A DNA stretch of 52,748 bases, taken from sequence record PV660457; one strand, written 5' to 3'. Source of the DNA: Escherichia phage LF82-19. The notes beneath the pieces were generated by a model. It did not search any database and was not told where the DNA came from. It saw only the letters and a list, made by a program, of their open reading frames with translations. Below are positions 36,687-45,080 of the stretch, piece after piece. Each line of letters begins with the position of its first letter. Positions within the stretch are counted from its first letter, which is position 1. Position numbers and translations under genes: made by a program.

Positions 36687-37103
36687 TTATAAATATTTTG
36701 CTTCAAATGTTGTGCCGTCTGCGATCGAAAATCCAACCTCCTCGCGGTAAAGGTTCCACGGTGAGCCGTCCTCGTCAAAGATAAGCCCGGCAACCCCACC
36801 AAGCGCCCTGCCTGAATCCACCTGGTAGCGCTTGCCAACCTTAAAGGATTTCTTCATTGGGTTCTTGTGATCCAGCGTCATGCACTTCAGGGTTTTAGTT
36901 TTCATCTCAACGAATGTTGCAGCAACGACGCCATCCGATGAAACGAAAATATCACCGCTTACGCCAACCGAAAGCACGATCTTAGCCTTGCCCTTGCCGA
37001 TTGAAATGTTGCCTTCATCGTCAACTTTCGCCTTATACATGTGGTTAGCGTTGAAGGTTTTAGTTAATGACATGGTGCATTTGATCTTGATTGACTTTGA
37101 CAT
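36687..37103 (-). CDS. hypothetical protein (possible MKVKC-family relative)
   Basis: start MSKSIKIKCT with RBS GAGGAA; track ORF to 37166 runs through promoter. Confidence 0.4.
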   Translation of the reverse strand: MSKSIKIKCTMSLTKTFNANHMYKAKVDDEGNISIGKGKAKIVLSVGVSGDIFVSSDGVVAATFVEMKTKTLKCMTLDHKNPMKKSFKVGKRYQVDSGRALGGVAGLIFDEDGSPWNLYREEVGFSIADGTTFEAKYL

Positions 37104-37132
37104 TTTTAGTTCCTCGTTGTTGGTGTGAATGA

Positions 37133-37175
37133 ATAATAACAAAACCCGCCGAAGCGGGTTTAACAAAAAGTGCTA
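37133..37175 (-). promoter_or_regulatory. palindrome plus terminator-like hairpin plus -10 TATTAT
   Basis: on minus: TAGCACTTTTTGTTA-AACCCGCTTCGGCGGGTTTTG-TTATTAT; same 40-nt element as 48965-49007. Confidence 0.5.
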
Positions 37176-37865
37176 TTTGTAACGGTTGTACTGGAAGACG
37201 GCGCGAGCGAATCCGCGCGGAGTTAGGGAGCGGAGTTGCTTAGTCTTCGCAGACTTTCCGCCGAGGAACTTCCAGCCCCAAAAGAAATGCAAGCCTTCCT
37301 CTTTTGGTAATGGTGCCTTCTCTGGCTCGCGGAAACCGTTGCCATGCCAGATGCAAGTTTTTTTCGTGTAGCCGTCTCGCAGTGGCATTTTGGGGTGCCA
37401 GGAGCCTTCACGCGCATCGACGTATTGCCCGAAGTCACGAGGATGGAAATAGAATTTAGGCTTGCCCAGGTTTTCCGGCTTTGACATTGCCCCTACCGGG
37501 TTTTCAATCATCCACGGGATCTGGTAGCGTTCGCCAATCTCAATGACAACCTTTGCACACTCAAGCGCATATTTCATTTCGGCGTCGTCTCTCTCGTGCT
37601 GCGCGCCAGATTGGGCAAACAGAGTGCAATCCGGGAAGCCAAAAACGATATCAGGCTTGGGCAACCCCAGGATCTCAGCCTTTGTGATGAAATCCTTATC
37701 AATCCACGTATTCACATATCGGATATTTGGGTGATTCATCTTCACGGCGTACTCGCCATGATTGCCGGAGTCAGCGTTGAAGCATATCACCTGACAACCA
37801 ACCTCAGCCCAAGGCAATCCCATAATGCCGGAGCCGTCAAACAGCGACCATACAACACGCTTCAT
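37173..37865 (-). CDS. C5-cytosine methyltransferase-like protein (short)
   Basis: motif I LFDGSG, motif IV FPDCTLF (PC), motif VI ENP (ENV-like); only 230 aa, no obvious target-recognition domain. Confidence 0.55.
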   Translation of the reverse strand: MKRVVWSLFDGSGIMGLPWAEVGCQVICFNADSGNHGEYAVKMNHPNIRYVNTWIDKDFITKAEILGLPKPDIVFGFPDCTLFAQSGAQHERDDAEMKYALECAKVVIEIGERYQIPWMIENPVGAMSKPENLGKPKFYFHPRDFGQYVDAREGSWHPKMPLRDGYTKKTCIWHGNGFREPEKAPLPKEEGLHFFWGWKFLGGKSAKTKQLRSLTPRGFARAVFQYNRYK

Positions 37866-38083
37866 TCTGCCACCTCTTCAAATTTAGCCACGCCCAGGAT
37901 TACCCATCCTTTATGGTGCATAGTAACCGCTTGCCACTCGAATGAGCCGTTGCGGCGCTTCTCATCGCCAGTGATCACAGCATCACCGCCAACCTTCACG
38001 GCATCGTAGATTTTACCTTTCGTGAAGTGTGGCTTTTGCTTCTTATCGGTTGGCGAAACAGCGCCAGTACATTTCAGTTTCAT
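37862..38083 (-). CDS. small protein, MKLKC family member
   Basis: MKLKCTG ... FTKGKIY N-terminal motif. Confidence 0.45.
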   Translation of the reverse strand: MKLKCTGAVSPTDKKQKPHFTKGKIYDAVKVGGDAVITGDEKRRNGSFEWQAVTMHHKGWVILGVAKFEEVAE

Positions 38084-38092
38084 TGCAGATCC

Positions 38093-38332
38093 TTAAAATG
38101 GAATTTCATCTTTGCAAGCTTGACATACTTTCTCAGGCGTGCATGAGCAGTTATAAGCGCAAACAGAAACCGGATTATTGCCGATAACCTTGCTTTCTGA
38201 TTGGTGATCCATTCCACCAAGAGCATCATCAAGCTCTATGCACCCATAGGCAACCATCATTGCCCACTCGTCGTTAAGCCCGGCATCCTTAGCCGCGCGG
38301 TGGCGGCTCCAGAAGTTATTGACGTTCTTCAT
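38093..38332 (-). CDS. hypothetical Cys-containing small protein
   Basis: start MKNVNN with RBS GGGAG; N-terminal part of track ORF 38093-38623 is low-complexity overlap and rejected. Confidence 0.35.
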   Translation of the reverse strand: MKNVNNFWSRHRAAKDAGLNDEWAMMVAYGCIELDDALGGMDHQSESKVIGNNPVSVCAYNCSCTPEKVCQACKDEIPF

Positions 38333-38558
38333 TCTCGCGCTCCCGATCCTGATAGCCGATTTCAACGAGCGCGGAGCCAGCAGCCTCGACGAATTCCATG
38401 TTGCAGCACATAAAGAAAAGTTCCTTGTATTGCTGAGGAACATCAAGCGCATCGATAATCTCTCTTGCGCGATCTTCATCGATATCGTTGCGATATAGCC
38501 CGATCTGGCGCGAATGCATACGGAACGTCGCGCCAGCTTCAATCTTGTTGATAGCCAT
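38316..38558 (-). CDS. hypothetical acidic protein
   Basis: 80 aa. Confidence 0.4.
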   Translation of the reverse strand: MAINKIEAGATFRMHSRQIGLYRNDIDEDRAREIIDALDVPQQYKELFFMCCNMEFVEAAGSALVEIGYQDRERENEERQ

Positions 38559-38561
38559 TTA

Positions 38562-38786
38562 TTAGCTCCAGGAGTTGATAAACATTGCGTTACCTTCAAG
38601 AACCTGAATAACTTCAAACTCACTGTATTTCGTCAGGCCGGAACCTGGGGTTTTGCCAACCACAAAGGAGCCATCACGGCGAGCGGTAATGCAAATCTGA
38701 GTCAGGCCGGATGCGCGATCCAATTTCACGCGAACGGAGCCAGTTTTATCCAGGTGTGCCATGATATTTGCGGTTTTAACTTTCAT
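38562..38786 (-). CDS. hypothetical protein
   Basis: start MKVKT with RBS AAGGAA; track extension to 38831 overlaps promoter. Confidence 0.4.
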   Translation of the reverse strand: MKVKTANIMAHLDKTGSVRVKLDRASGLTQICITARRDGSFVVGKTPGSGLTKYSEFEVIQVLEGNAMFINSWS

Positions 38787-38816
38787 CTTCATTTCCTTGT
38801 TTGTTGGTGTAACTGC

Positions 38817-38859
38817 ATTATTGCAGATCACGCCGATTTAGTTTTAACAAAAAGTGCTA
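38817..38859 (-). promoter_or_regulatory. palindrome TAGCA-N5-TGTTA plus hairpin with AATAAT
   Basis: TAG stop of upstream gene is the first half-site; 22-nt gap. Confidence 0.5.
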
Positions 38860-39204
38860 TTTGATGCCGTCAAAGGTTGTGTATTTCAGGTTCACACTGA
38901 CCTTGCCATCATCGAAATGGAAAGCGGGAGCCTCAAAGCGGATGATGTTATTCATCGTTCCGGCCTCTACGTAGCGTCGTGCGCCATTTCTCATGGGGAT
39001 AACGCTGACTCTCTTTGCCGCATCGAATGGATTTGAAACGCCAAAGTATCGACATACAGCGCCGCGCAACGCCTCATCTTCATGCTTATGCATATCACGG
39101 ATGAGGCGATTTTTAGCGTCCATCATCACATCATAGCTTGCACAGCTAGAGCCGATGTTGCTATATTCGCGCATTCCGCCAACCTTGAATTGATTGTTGT
39201 TCAT
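38857..39204 (-). CDS. hypothetical protein
   Basis: 115 aa. Confidence 0.45.
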   Translation of the reverse strand: MNNNQFKVGGMREYSNIGSSCASYDVMMDAKNRLIRDMHKHEDEALRGAVCRYFGVSNPFDAAKRVSVIPMRNGARRYVEAGTMNNIIRFEAPAFHFDDGKVSVNLKYTTFDGIK

Positions 39205-39449
39205 GGTAACTTTACCTCGTTGTATTCACAGAATTCGATTACATATTCACAGCTATCGGTTGACTCAGTGCCGCGCAGAACATCACAGCCGCCATCACTA
39301 CCCAAGAAGGCCGGGCATGAAGCGCACAGCGCGCCGCCGCAATTCGATTCGACGATTGACATTCCGTTACACCTTCCGCCGCCGAATCGGTGCGGAAAGT
39401 CATAGGCGCGGCAGTCGCACGTAACCTGGTGTCGCTTACGCTTTTGCAT
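39201..39449 (-). CDS. cysteine-rich small protein (putative metal-binding)
   Basis: 12 Cys in 82 aa, including CDC and CxxC-like spacings. Confidence 0.45.
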   Translation of the reverse strand: MQKRKRHQVTCDCRAYDFPHRFGGGRCNGMSIVESNCGGALCASCPAFLGSDGGCDVLRGTESTDSCEYVIEFCEYNEVKLP

Positions 39450-39660
39450 CTGCCAGCCACTTAGCGTATTTTGCGCGCTGATTCATTGAGCAGGTGATCC
39501 CCTCTTCCTTCATGTTGCTCGCGCGGTAGATCTCAACCTGTGATTCCGTGTTTAACTTGCCATCACGAACGTAAACGGAGCCACGGAAGGTGTGGAAAAC
39601 TACATCTTTCATGGTTGCAGCCAGCGCCAGGAATTCAGACTTTTTCATCATATGTGCCAT
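39436..39660 (-). CDS. hypothetical protein
   Basis: 74 aa. Confidence 0.4.
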   Translation of the reverse strand: MAHMMKKSEFLALAATMKDVVFHTFRGSVYVRDGKLNTESQVEIYRASNMKEEGITCSMNQRAKYAKWLADAKA

Positions 39661-39691
39661 TTGCTTATCTCCGTTTCGTTTTAGTGGTTAC

Positions 39692-39734
39692 ATTATGCCG
39701 GGTTTCCGCCCGGCACGTTTAGCAATTAGTGCTA
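39692..39734 (-). promoter_or_regulatory. palindrome TAGCA-N5-TGCTA plus hairpin with CATAAT
   Basis: on minus: TAGCACTAATTGCTA, 22 nt (GTGCCGGG ... CCCGGC hairpin), CATAAT. Confidence 0.5.
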
Positions 39735-39941
39735 TCAGATTGATTCGATTACCGCGTGGAAATCTTTGCGGGTTTTGCAGTCTGCCAGGCGTGCATAACA
39801 TGCTTTAGCGTAGTCAGTATCGGCCTGAGTTTCGAAGATGCCACACTCTTTGGCGATAGCTTTTAATGTACGCTTTCCGCTTTCGATATCAGCCTTGATG
39901 CCGTTGATGGTGTTGATGTCGATGATGTTAAGAGTTGTCAT
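39735..39941 (-). CDS. hypothetical protein
   Basis: 68 aa. Confidence 0.4.
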   Translation of the reverse strand: MTTLNIIDINTINGIKADIESGKRTLKAIAKECGIFETQADTDYAKACYARLADCKTRKDFHAVIESI

Positions 39942-39978
39942 TTTGCTATCCTTTTGTGTGCTTCGTTTCGATGGAGTA

Positions 39979-40021
39979 ATAATAGCAAAAGCCAGATCGG
40001 GAGTTTTAGCAAAAAGTGCTA
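39979..40021 (-). promoter_or_regulatory. palindrome TAGCA-N5-TGCTA plus -10 TATTAT
   Basis: 22-nt gap; palindrome itself flanked by inverted repeat CCGGATCGGGA / TCCCGATCTGG. Confidence 0.5.
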
Positions 40022-40083
40022 TTTTCCCGATCCGGCGCGCGGAACATCTGCCCCATGGTTTGGGGTGTTAACCAGTCAGAGCG

Positions 40084-40512
40084 TCATGCGTAATAAAGCC
40101 CTGATGTTAGTTTCTCAACGTCAACCTTCGCCTTGTACGGCTTATCACACCCAAGGCACCAGGCTATATAATCAGCGCCATGATCACAAGACGAAATCCA
40201 GACGCGCCATTGCTTTGACCCGGCGTGCCAGCGATACAGAACCTTGTAATCCTCACTATGGAAGTAAACGCCATCATCATCATCGCGGATGATATGCCCA
40301 CGCTCAAACAGCTTGAAGCGCTTCACGGTTTCGATGATGTAGCGCGCCTGAGGGTTAGCGCTCCCGGTTTTGTACACGCGCCCGGCTGACATTTTGCCTT
40401 CACTATCACTGATGCGAACCATCGTCATTCCACCATCGACGTGCTGACGGGTAACAGTGGCACCACGGCTTTTGGCGAACTCCAGCGCCTTGATCAGATG
40501 TTTGTTTTTCAC
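40084..40512 (-). CDS. hypothetical protein
   Basis: 142 aa. Confidence 0.45.
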   Translation of the reverse strand: MKNKHLIKALEFAKSRGATVTRQHVDGGMTMVRISDSEGKMSAGRVYKTGSANPQARYIIETVKRFKLFERGHIIRDDDDGVYFHSEDYKVLYRWHAGSKQWRVWISSCDHGADYIAWCLGCDKPYKAKVDVEKLTSGLYYA

Positions 40513-40724
40513 GCTTTATTCCTCGTTAATTTGAAAGTCAATTCAACCTCGCCCACAACCTCCGCCATCCCATGATTTACCATGTAACGAAACTCTTCAT
40601 AGGTAAATGCGGTTTGCGCTGGCAGGCCATCCATGATGCGCATACAAGGCAACTCACTGTAGCGCGTCATTGGGATCGCGTACTCGCGCCCGGTTGTCTT
40701 AATGCGGATAAGTTTCATTTTCAT
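40509..40724 (-). CDS. hypothetical protein
   Basis: 71 aa, overlapping neighbours by 4 nt. Confidence 0.4.
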   Translation of the reverse strand: MKMKLIRIKTTGREYAIPMTRYSELPCMRIMDGLPAQTAFTYEEFRYMVNHGMAEVVGEVELTFKLTRNKA

Positions 40725-40906
40725 TGCGCCTCCATCTCCTCAACTGAACCACAGTACCCTTTCTCATTGTTGATCTCATCCTCACGAGCAACCGCATCAC
40801 TCTCTTTAAGCCATACGCTATCAACCTCTGAGTCTCCGCCACTAAAGAACTCGTGACGCATCACAACGTATACGATCATAACCACTCCATTGCTTTGATG
40901 ATGCAC
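40721..40906 (-). CDS. hypothetical acidic protein
   Basis: 61 aa. Confidence 0.35.
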   Translation of the reverse strand: MHHQSNGVVMIVYVVMRHEFFSGGDSEVDSVWLKESDAVAREDEINNEKGYCGSVEEMEAQ

Positions 40907-41124
40907 TCTGCCTGTGAGCCGATAAACGAGTTGTCTTTGGTATCAGCTCTCCACTGACGCGATCCTTTTGCCACCTGGGTGCACGTAATCATAACGCCAC
41001 CACGATAACCAACCTTGAACGCGTTTGATGTCTTGCCATTACTGCGCTTACGGAAATGGTCAGTAACGATTACTCCGTTGTCAGTTGCAGCGTCGATTGC
41101 TTGCTGAATGGTTAACTTGCTCAT
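40876..41124 (-). CDS. hypothetical protein
   Basis: 82 aa. Confidence 0.4.
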   Translation of the reverse strand: MSKLTIQQAIDAATDNGVIVTDHFRKRSNGKTSNAFKVGYRGGVMITCTQVAKGSRQWRADTKDNSFIGSQAECIIKAMEWL

Positions 41125-41127
41125 AAA

Positions 41128-41367
41128 TTACCCCTTGATAGTCAGGCCGAAAGCCTCAACCAGAATGTCACTTGCAGCGTGCATTTCGCAACGAGCAACC
41201 TCACGGTCATCAAAATTCTCTACAGCGTACATCACAACACCACGAGCCTGATCAGCTTCTACAAACTGGTTGCAACGGTCATTCAGTTCTTTCGCTAACT
41301 CAGCGTCAAAATCAGCCGTTACGCCTTCGATAAACTCCGCCTCGGTGATGATGTTCATGTAGCGCAT
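41128..41367 (-). CDS. hypothetical protein (first gene of minus-strand early operon)
   Basis: 79 aa, RBS GAGGAA. Confidence 0.45.
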   Translation of the reverse strand: MRYMNIITEAEFIEGVTADFDAELAKELNDRCNQFVEADQARGVVMYAVENFDDREVARCEMHAASDILVEAFGLTIKG

Positions 41368-41398
41368 TGCTGTTTCCTCAGTTCGTTTCGTTGAGATA

Positions 41399-41441
41399 AC
41401 TATAGCCGAAACATCCTGAGTGGTTTTAGCAAAAAGTGCTA
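41399..41441 (-). promoter_or_regulatory. palindrome TAGCA-N5-TGCTA plus -10 TATAGT
   Basis: 22-nt gap; leftmost promoter of the minus-strand early operon. Confidence 0.5.
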
Positions 41442-41562
41442 TTGATTCGATTTATCCAATTATTCCATTATTCCAACTATTCTGGAATATTCCTGAATAA
41501 CCGAATATCTGGAATAGTCAAAATGACTATGGCTCTCCGTTCGTTTTAGCGAACAAACGTTC

Positions 41563-41582
41563 GATGTGATGTGATGTGATGT
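41563..41582. repeat. (GATGT)x4 tandem repeat
   Basis: GATGTGATGTGATGTGATGT in divergent control region. Confidence 0.6.
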
Positions 41583-42015
41583 GAATGAGGGTGAGGAGGC
41601 GATCAGATCTGATCCCGAAACTTTTTCCCTCACCGCACGATTTGCTAATGAATTGTCGTGCCTGTAGTTGTATGTTGTGTTTTACGTTTTCCGTGGAAAT
41701 CGGTACGCGCTACTACGCGGAATAACAATGTTATGCTTTATATATAGATATATAAGTATATATAAAATAAAGGTTTTTTATTATATATATTATCTAATTT
41801 CATAACACTTTATAACGTGTTGTGTTTGTTCCGCCGGACGCGGAGTGATTGATATGTTTCGCGGCCTATTTATGCCTATATTGTGAAATATGGGTAGGGG
41901 GATATATACCCCTCCGAAATCCGCAACAAACGCTTAATACGCACTACAACCCAGCAGGAATGCACCATGTAGAGGAGATTTTGTTGATAATGGCAATAAT
42001 CGACACAAATTAATC

Positions 42016-42044
42016 TTGACTACAATTAAGCTTTTCCGCATTAT
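42016..42044 (+). promoter_or_regulatory. strong sigma70-like early promoter
   Basis: TTGACT - 17 nt - CATTAT, about 30 nt upstream of first plus-strand early gene. Confidence 0.55.
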
Positions 42045-42076
42045 GGCGGCTCAACCAATCAGATGAGGTATCACCC

Positions 42077-42574
42077 ATGACACTTGCAGAAGTATTGCGC
42101 TATATGGCAACCGAAGCCATGAAATCCCCTGAGAAGGAGATCACCGTGCCAGTGTGGCAAATCCTGGTTCAGGCACACAATCTGGACGCTGACGAGCGCC
42201 GCGCATTACAGGCAGACTTTGACAAGCGCGTTGAGCTGGTAGCAAGTGAGAAGCGCCTGACCAACTCGTACATCACCAACACCTGCAACCGCATGAAGGA
42301 AATGATCGCGGCTGACCTATCCATCACCACAAAGCGTGGCGAGGACGACGGCGGGAATCGGACGCTCACCCTGGGCGTTAAGCCCGGCGCAATGAAGCTG
42401 GGCAGTCGGAGCAAGTCGGAGAACATCGCGGCGAAGAATGCAGTGCAGGATTTTGCCCGGCGCATCATGGAGATTGCCCCAGCACTAGATAGCCTGAGCG
42501 ATGATCGCGTTGCTGGTGCCGTCGATGGCGTGCGCATGATGAAAGAGCTGATTGCCAGGGAGGCCGGACTATGA
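42077..42574 (+). CDS. hypothetical protein (first plus-strand early gene)
   Basis: 165 aa. Confidence 0.5.
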   Translation: MTLAEVLRYMATEAMKSPEKEITVPVWQILVQAHNLDADERRALQADFDKRVELVASEKRLTNSYITNTCNRMKEMIAADLSITTKRGEDDGGNRTLTLGVKPGAMKLGSRSKSENIAAKNAVQDFARRIMEIAPALDSLSDDRVAGAVDGVRMMKELIAREAGL

Positions 42575-42783
42575 AGCTTCGAATAGCTATCGTTTCCGTT
42601 GTGCTGCCATTCAGCGGCGAGCGCAAAAACACATACGCCGTTCAAAAGCGGATCGGCTTCTTCTGGTGGCAGACGCTTACCCTGTGTGACAGCTTGCCCC
42701 AGGCGCGCCACTATGTACGCCACACCCTGGAAGATCGCAGTGGTGAAAAGCTGGTCAAGGTTCTGAATCGTTATTCCTCTTGA
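42571..42783 (+). CDS. hypothetical protein
   Basis: 70 aa, ATGA overlap. Confidence 0.35.
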   Translation: MKLRIAIVSVVLPFSGERKNTYAVQKRIGFFWWQTLTLCDSLPQARHYVRHTLEDRSGEKLVKVLNRYSS

Positions 42784-42798
42784 ATGGAATAATTGGAA

Positions 42799-42841
42799 TA
42801 GCACGAACTGCTAAAACACCAGATCGGGGCTATGCCATAAT
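42799..42841 (+). promoter_or_regulatory. palindrome TAGCA-N5-TGCTA plus hairpin with CATAAT
   Basis: 22-nt gap; hairpin GGGGCTA ... TAGCCCC. Confidence 0.5.
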
Positions 42842-42872
42842 AGCCCTACACCAACAAAACGAGGTTAGCACA

Positions 42873-43088
42873 ATGGAAACTGTAACAATCGGCGCTAAGC
42901 CGCCATCATTTGACAACTTCCCGTCGCAATTCGTTGAGGATGAATACGGTGACGAAACAGAGGTGTCTTTAATTCACTCGTCAGGCAACAAGTCTGTACT
43001 CATGGAAAGCGGCAACATGATTTTCACGCCAGATCAGGCGCGCGAACTGGCTGCGGCTCTCATCAAGGCGGCTGAGGTGTGCGAATGA
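42873..43088 (+). CDS. hypothetical protein
   Basis: start METVT; track extension from 42780 covers the promoter. Confidence 0.4.
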   Translation: METVTIGAKPPSFDNFPSQFVEDEYGDETEVSLIHSSGNKSVLMESGNMIFTPDQARELAAALIKAAEVCE

Positions 43089-43294
43089 AGTTCAAAACTA
43101 CATACGTATCACCGCGCGCTCGCGTTGCATTCAACCTGCGCAAGGGTATGACATACGACGCTGAGAAGATTGGCAATCAGATTTCGGTGCGCGTGCCTAT
43201 CGGTAGGCTCATCATCAAGCTCCAGGGAGAGAGGTTCATGAGTCGCTCAATGACGGGCGAATTACTCGCGGCATGGGAGGAAGTGAAAAAATGA
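43085..43294 (+). CDS. hypothetical protein
   Basis: ATG overlapping previous stop (ATGA). Confidence 0.4.
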   Translation: MKFKTTYVSPRARVAFNLRKGMTYDAEKIGNQISVRVPIGRLIIKLQGERFMSRSMTGELLAAWEEVKK

Positions 43295-43599
43295 TGATTT
43301 TGAATGACCGAGAGGAGCTACAGGAAGCCGTGAGACTGGCGCTAAAATCAGACGTGCCATTTATCGAAGTTGTGCTTTGCGTGGCTGCCAGCCTCGATGT
43401 ACGGCCCCGTGTGGCTGCTTTCATGGTTCACTCTAACACCTTCGATATGGCTGGCACATTCCAGGGTGATAAATTCCTTGAATTCTTGATGCAGCTAACC
43501 GATAAGTTCGAAGCCATGCATCCTGACCGGATAAGCGCCAGTGGGCAGATCCTGATCGAGGAGTTCACCAACTTTGTGATTCGCGGTACATGGCGATAG
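43291..43599 (+). CDS. hypothetical protein
   Basis: ATGATG start overlapping previous stop. Confidence 0.45.
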   Translation: MMILNDREELQEAVRLALKSDVPFIEVVLCVAASLDVRPRVAAFMVHSNTFDMAGTFQGDKFLEFLMQLTDKFEAMHPDRISASGQILIEEFTNFVIRGTWR

Positions 43600-43639
43600 C
43601 ACTTTTTGTTAAACGTGTGCCGGGCTAATCCGGCATACT
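43597..43639 (+). promoter_or_regulatory. palindrome TAGCA-N5-TGTTA plus hairpin with CATACT
   Basis: TAG stop is the first half-site; hairpin TGCCGG ... CCGGCA; 22-nt gap. Confidence 0.5.
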
Positions 43640-43669
43640 GTCACCACACCAACCAATCAAGAAGTCAAC

Positions 43670-43948
43670 ATGAAGACGTTAAAAGAGATTTTGGCAGAAA
43701 TTGACGAGGCTGCGCTCAAGGATAATGACGACGAGGCCACAACAAGCAAGAAGATCCTGACTTGCGGAGCCACTCACATTGCGCAAGATGCAGACGGCGC
43801 AGTATTCGCATTCAGGGGTAAGCCAACCGCCACGAAAATTGAGGATATGACGGAGTGGTTTAGCGGCGAAAAAGGTGAAGTGCTGTTATTCTGCGCAGAC
43901 CTGGAAAAGCCAGAAGATTGGACGCAGTGCATTTGGGAGCTGCCATAA
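43670..43948 (+). CDS. hypothetical acidic protein
   Basis: 92 aa. Confidence 0.45.
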   Translation: MKTLKEILAEIDEAALKDNDDEATTSKKILTCGATHIAQDADGAVFAFRGKPTATKIEDMTEWFSGEKGEVLLFCADLEKPEDWTQCIWELP

Positions 43949-44268
43949 TGAAAAAGTTTGTCGGATCGTGTTTGCTGGTTTCTGTCCTGGCGCTGGCGTT
44001 CATCGCTCTCGCAGGGTGTGACGACTCAACCCGCGTGCCTCGTGAGCAGCGTAGCAAGGTGCGGGTCACAACGGCTGAATCCGGGCGCGTGCAGGTGCGC
44101 AAGATCAGCGAATTCCGTGACGACCTGGCTTATGACAGCTATCGAGGCGTGTACATCATCACGGACACTGAAACCGGGCAGGAGTTCATAGGCGTTAGCG
44201 GTGTTGGTATCAGTGCTATCGGGCAACACAATTGCGGCAAAAACTGCTGGAAGAAAGATGAGAGATAG
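43948..44268 (+). CDS. lipoprotein (early-expressed)
   Basis: MKKFVGSCLLVSVLALAFIALAGC: signal peptide with lipobox LAGC. Confidence 0.55.
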   Translation: MKKFVGSCLLVSVLALAFIALAGCDDSTRVPREQRSKVRVTTAESGRVQVRKISEFRDDLAYDSYRGVYIITDTETGQEFIGVSGVGISAIGQHNCGKNCWKKDER

Positions 44269-44308
44269 CACTTTTTGTTAAAACTGCCCGGAGCGATTCG
44301 GGCATAAT
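44266..44308 (+). promoter_or_regulatory. palindrome TAGCA-N5-TGTTA plus hairpin with CATAAT
   Basis: hairpin GCCCG ... CGGGC; 22-nt gap. Confidence 0.5.
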
Positions 44309-44337
44309 GATTTCACACCAAACGAGAGGAAGTGAAA

Positions 44338-44952
44338 ATGTTTAAATTAGTTCGCGGCGTAACAACTCCAAATGACATTCTTATCCATGTTGCATCCGGC
44401 GCACGCTATGACGTTCCTGACAACACCAAACAGGTTGCAGTAGATCAGGATGGAGAAATATACGCCTATGAATCCGGCATGGCTAAAGTAGAGCACGGGC
44501 ACACCGGATGGAGTGATAACGGATATGATGGTTTTGTCAAGTGCATCGGTAAGATTCCGAGCGATCAGGAAAACATGCCGAAAGGTGTATTCCCTGGATG
44601 GCTGGACTCATTGACAAGCATCGACGCGCTTAAGCTTTCGCCGGAATACGCCCCGCTAGGCAGTAAGAAAAAGATTGAGATCGCAACACCCGTTCGCATT
44701 GGCGGCTCACAACTCCGCGCTCGTGTCACGGAATATCTTGACCGCAAGATGAAGGATAACGTTGTCGGATCTGTTCGGGCGCGCCACTTCCTTTCTGACA
44801 TTCGAAGCGAGGGCTTCACGTTCGAGAACTACCGCACAGCCGATCTCGTCCTGGCTCTGGTTACTATCGGGTGCGATCTCAAGCTGGCTCGTGACTATGC
44901 AGCATTCCGCGCCATTGATGATGCGGTTCACTTTGTGCGAGGTGAGGCATGA
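44338..44952 (+). CDS. hypothetical protein
   Basis: 204 aa; ATG 44338 preferred over GTG 44332. Confidence 0.5.
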   Translation: MFKLVRGVTTPNDILIHVASGARYDVPDNTKQVAVDQDGEIYAYESGMAKVEHGHTGWSDNGYDGFVKCIGKIPSDQENMPKGVFPGWLDSLTSIDALKLSPEYAPLGSKKKIEIATPVRIGGSQLRARVTEYLDRKMKDNVVGSVRARHFLSDIRSEGFTFENYRTADLVLALVTIGCDLKLARDYAAFRAIDDAVHFVRGEA

Positions 44953-45080
44953 ACCTAACAACTCTTGAGGCGATCATTGTCGCTACCGCTGGCTTACTCG
45001 TTGCTGGCATCATCATTGAGCAAATTGCCTATACCTGGTTGCAGATTGTTAAGCGCCGGAAGGAGAAAGGTGATGATTAA
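44949..45080 (+). CDS. small membrane peptide (43 aa)
   Basis: MNLTTLEAIIVATAGLLVAGIII ... single TM helix; overlapped by a second 34-aa TM ORF at 45073-45177. Confidence 0.3.
   Translation: MNLTTLEAIIVATAGLLVAGIIIEQIAYTWLQIVKRRKEKGDD

Noticed and set aside
41563-41582. Possible CRISPR array or other long repeat array
   Set aside because: Only a (GATGT)x4 microsatellite and short iteron-like repeats are present; no repeat-spacer periodicity anywhere in the window.
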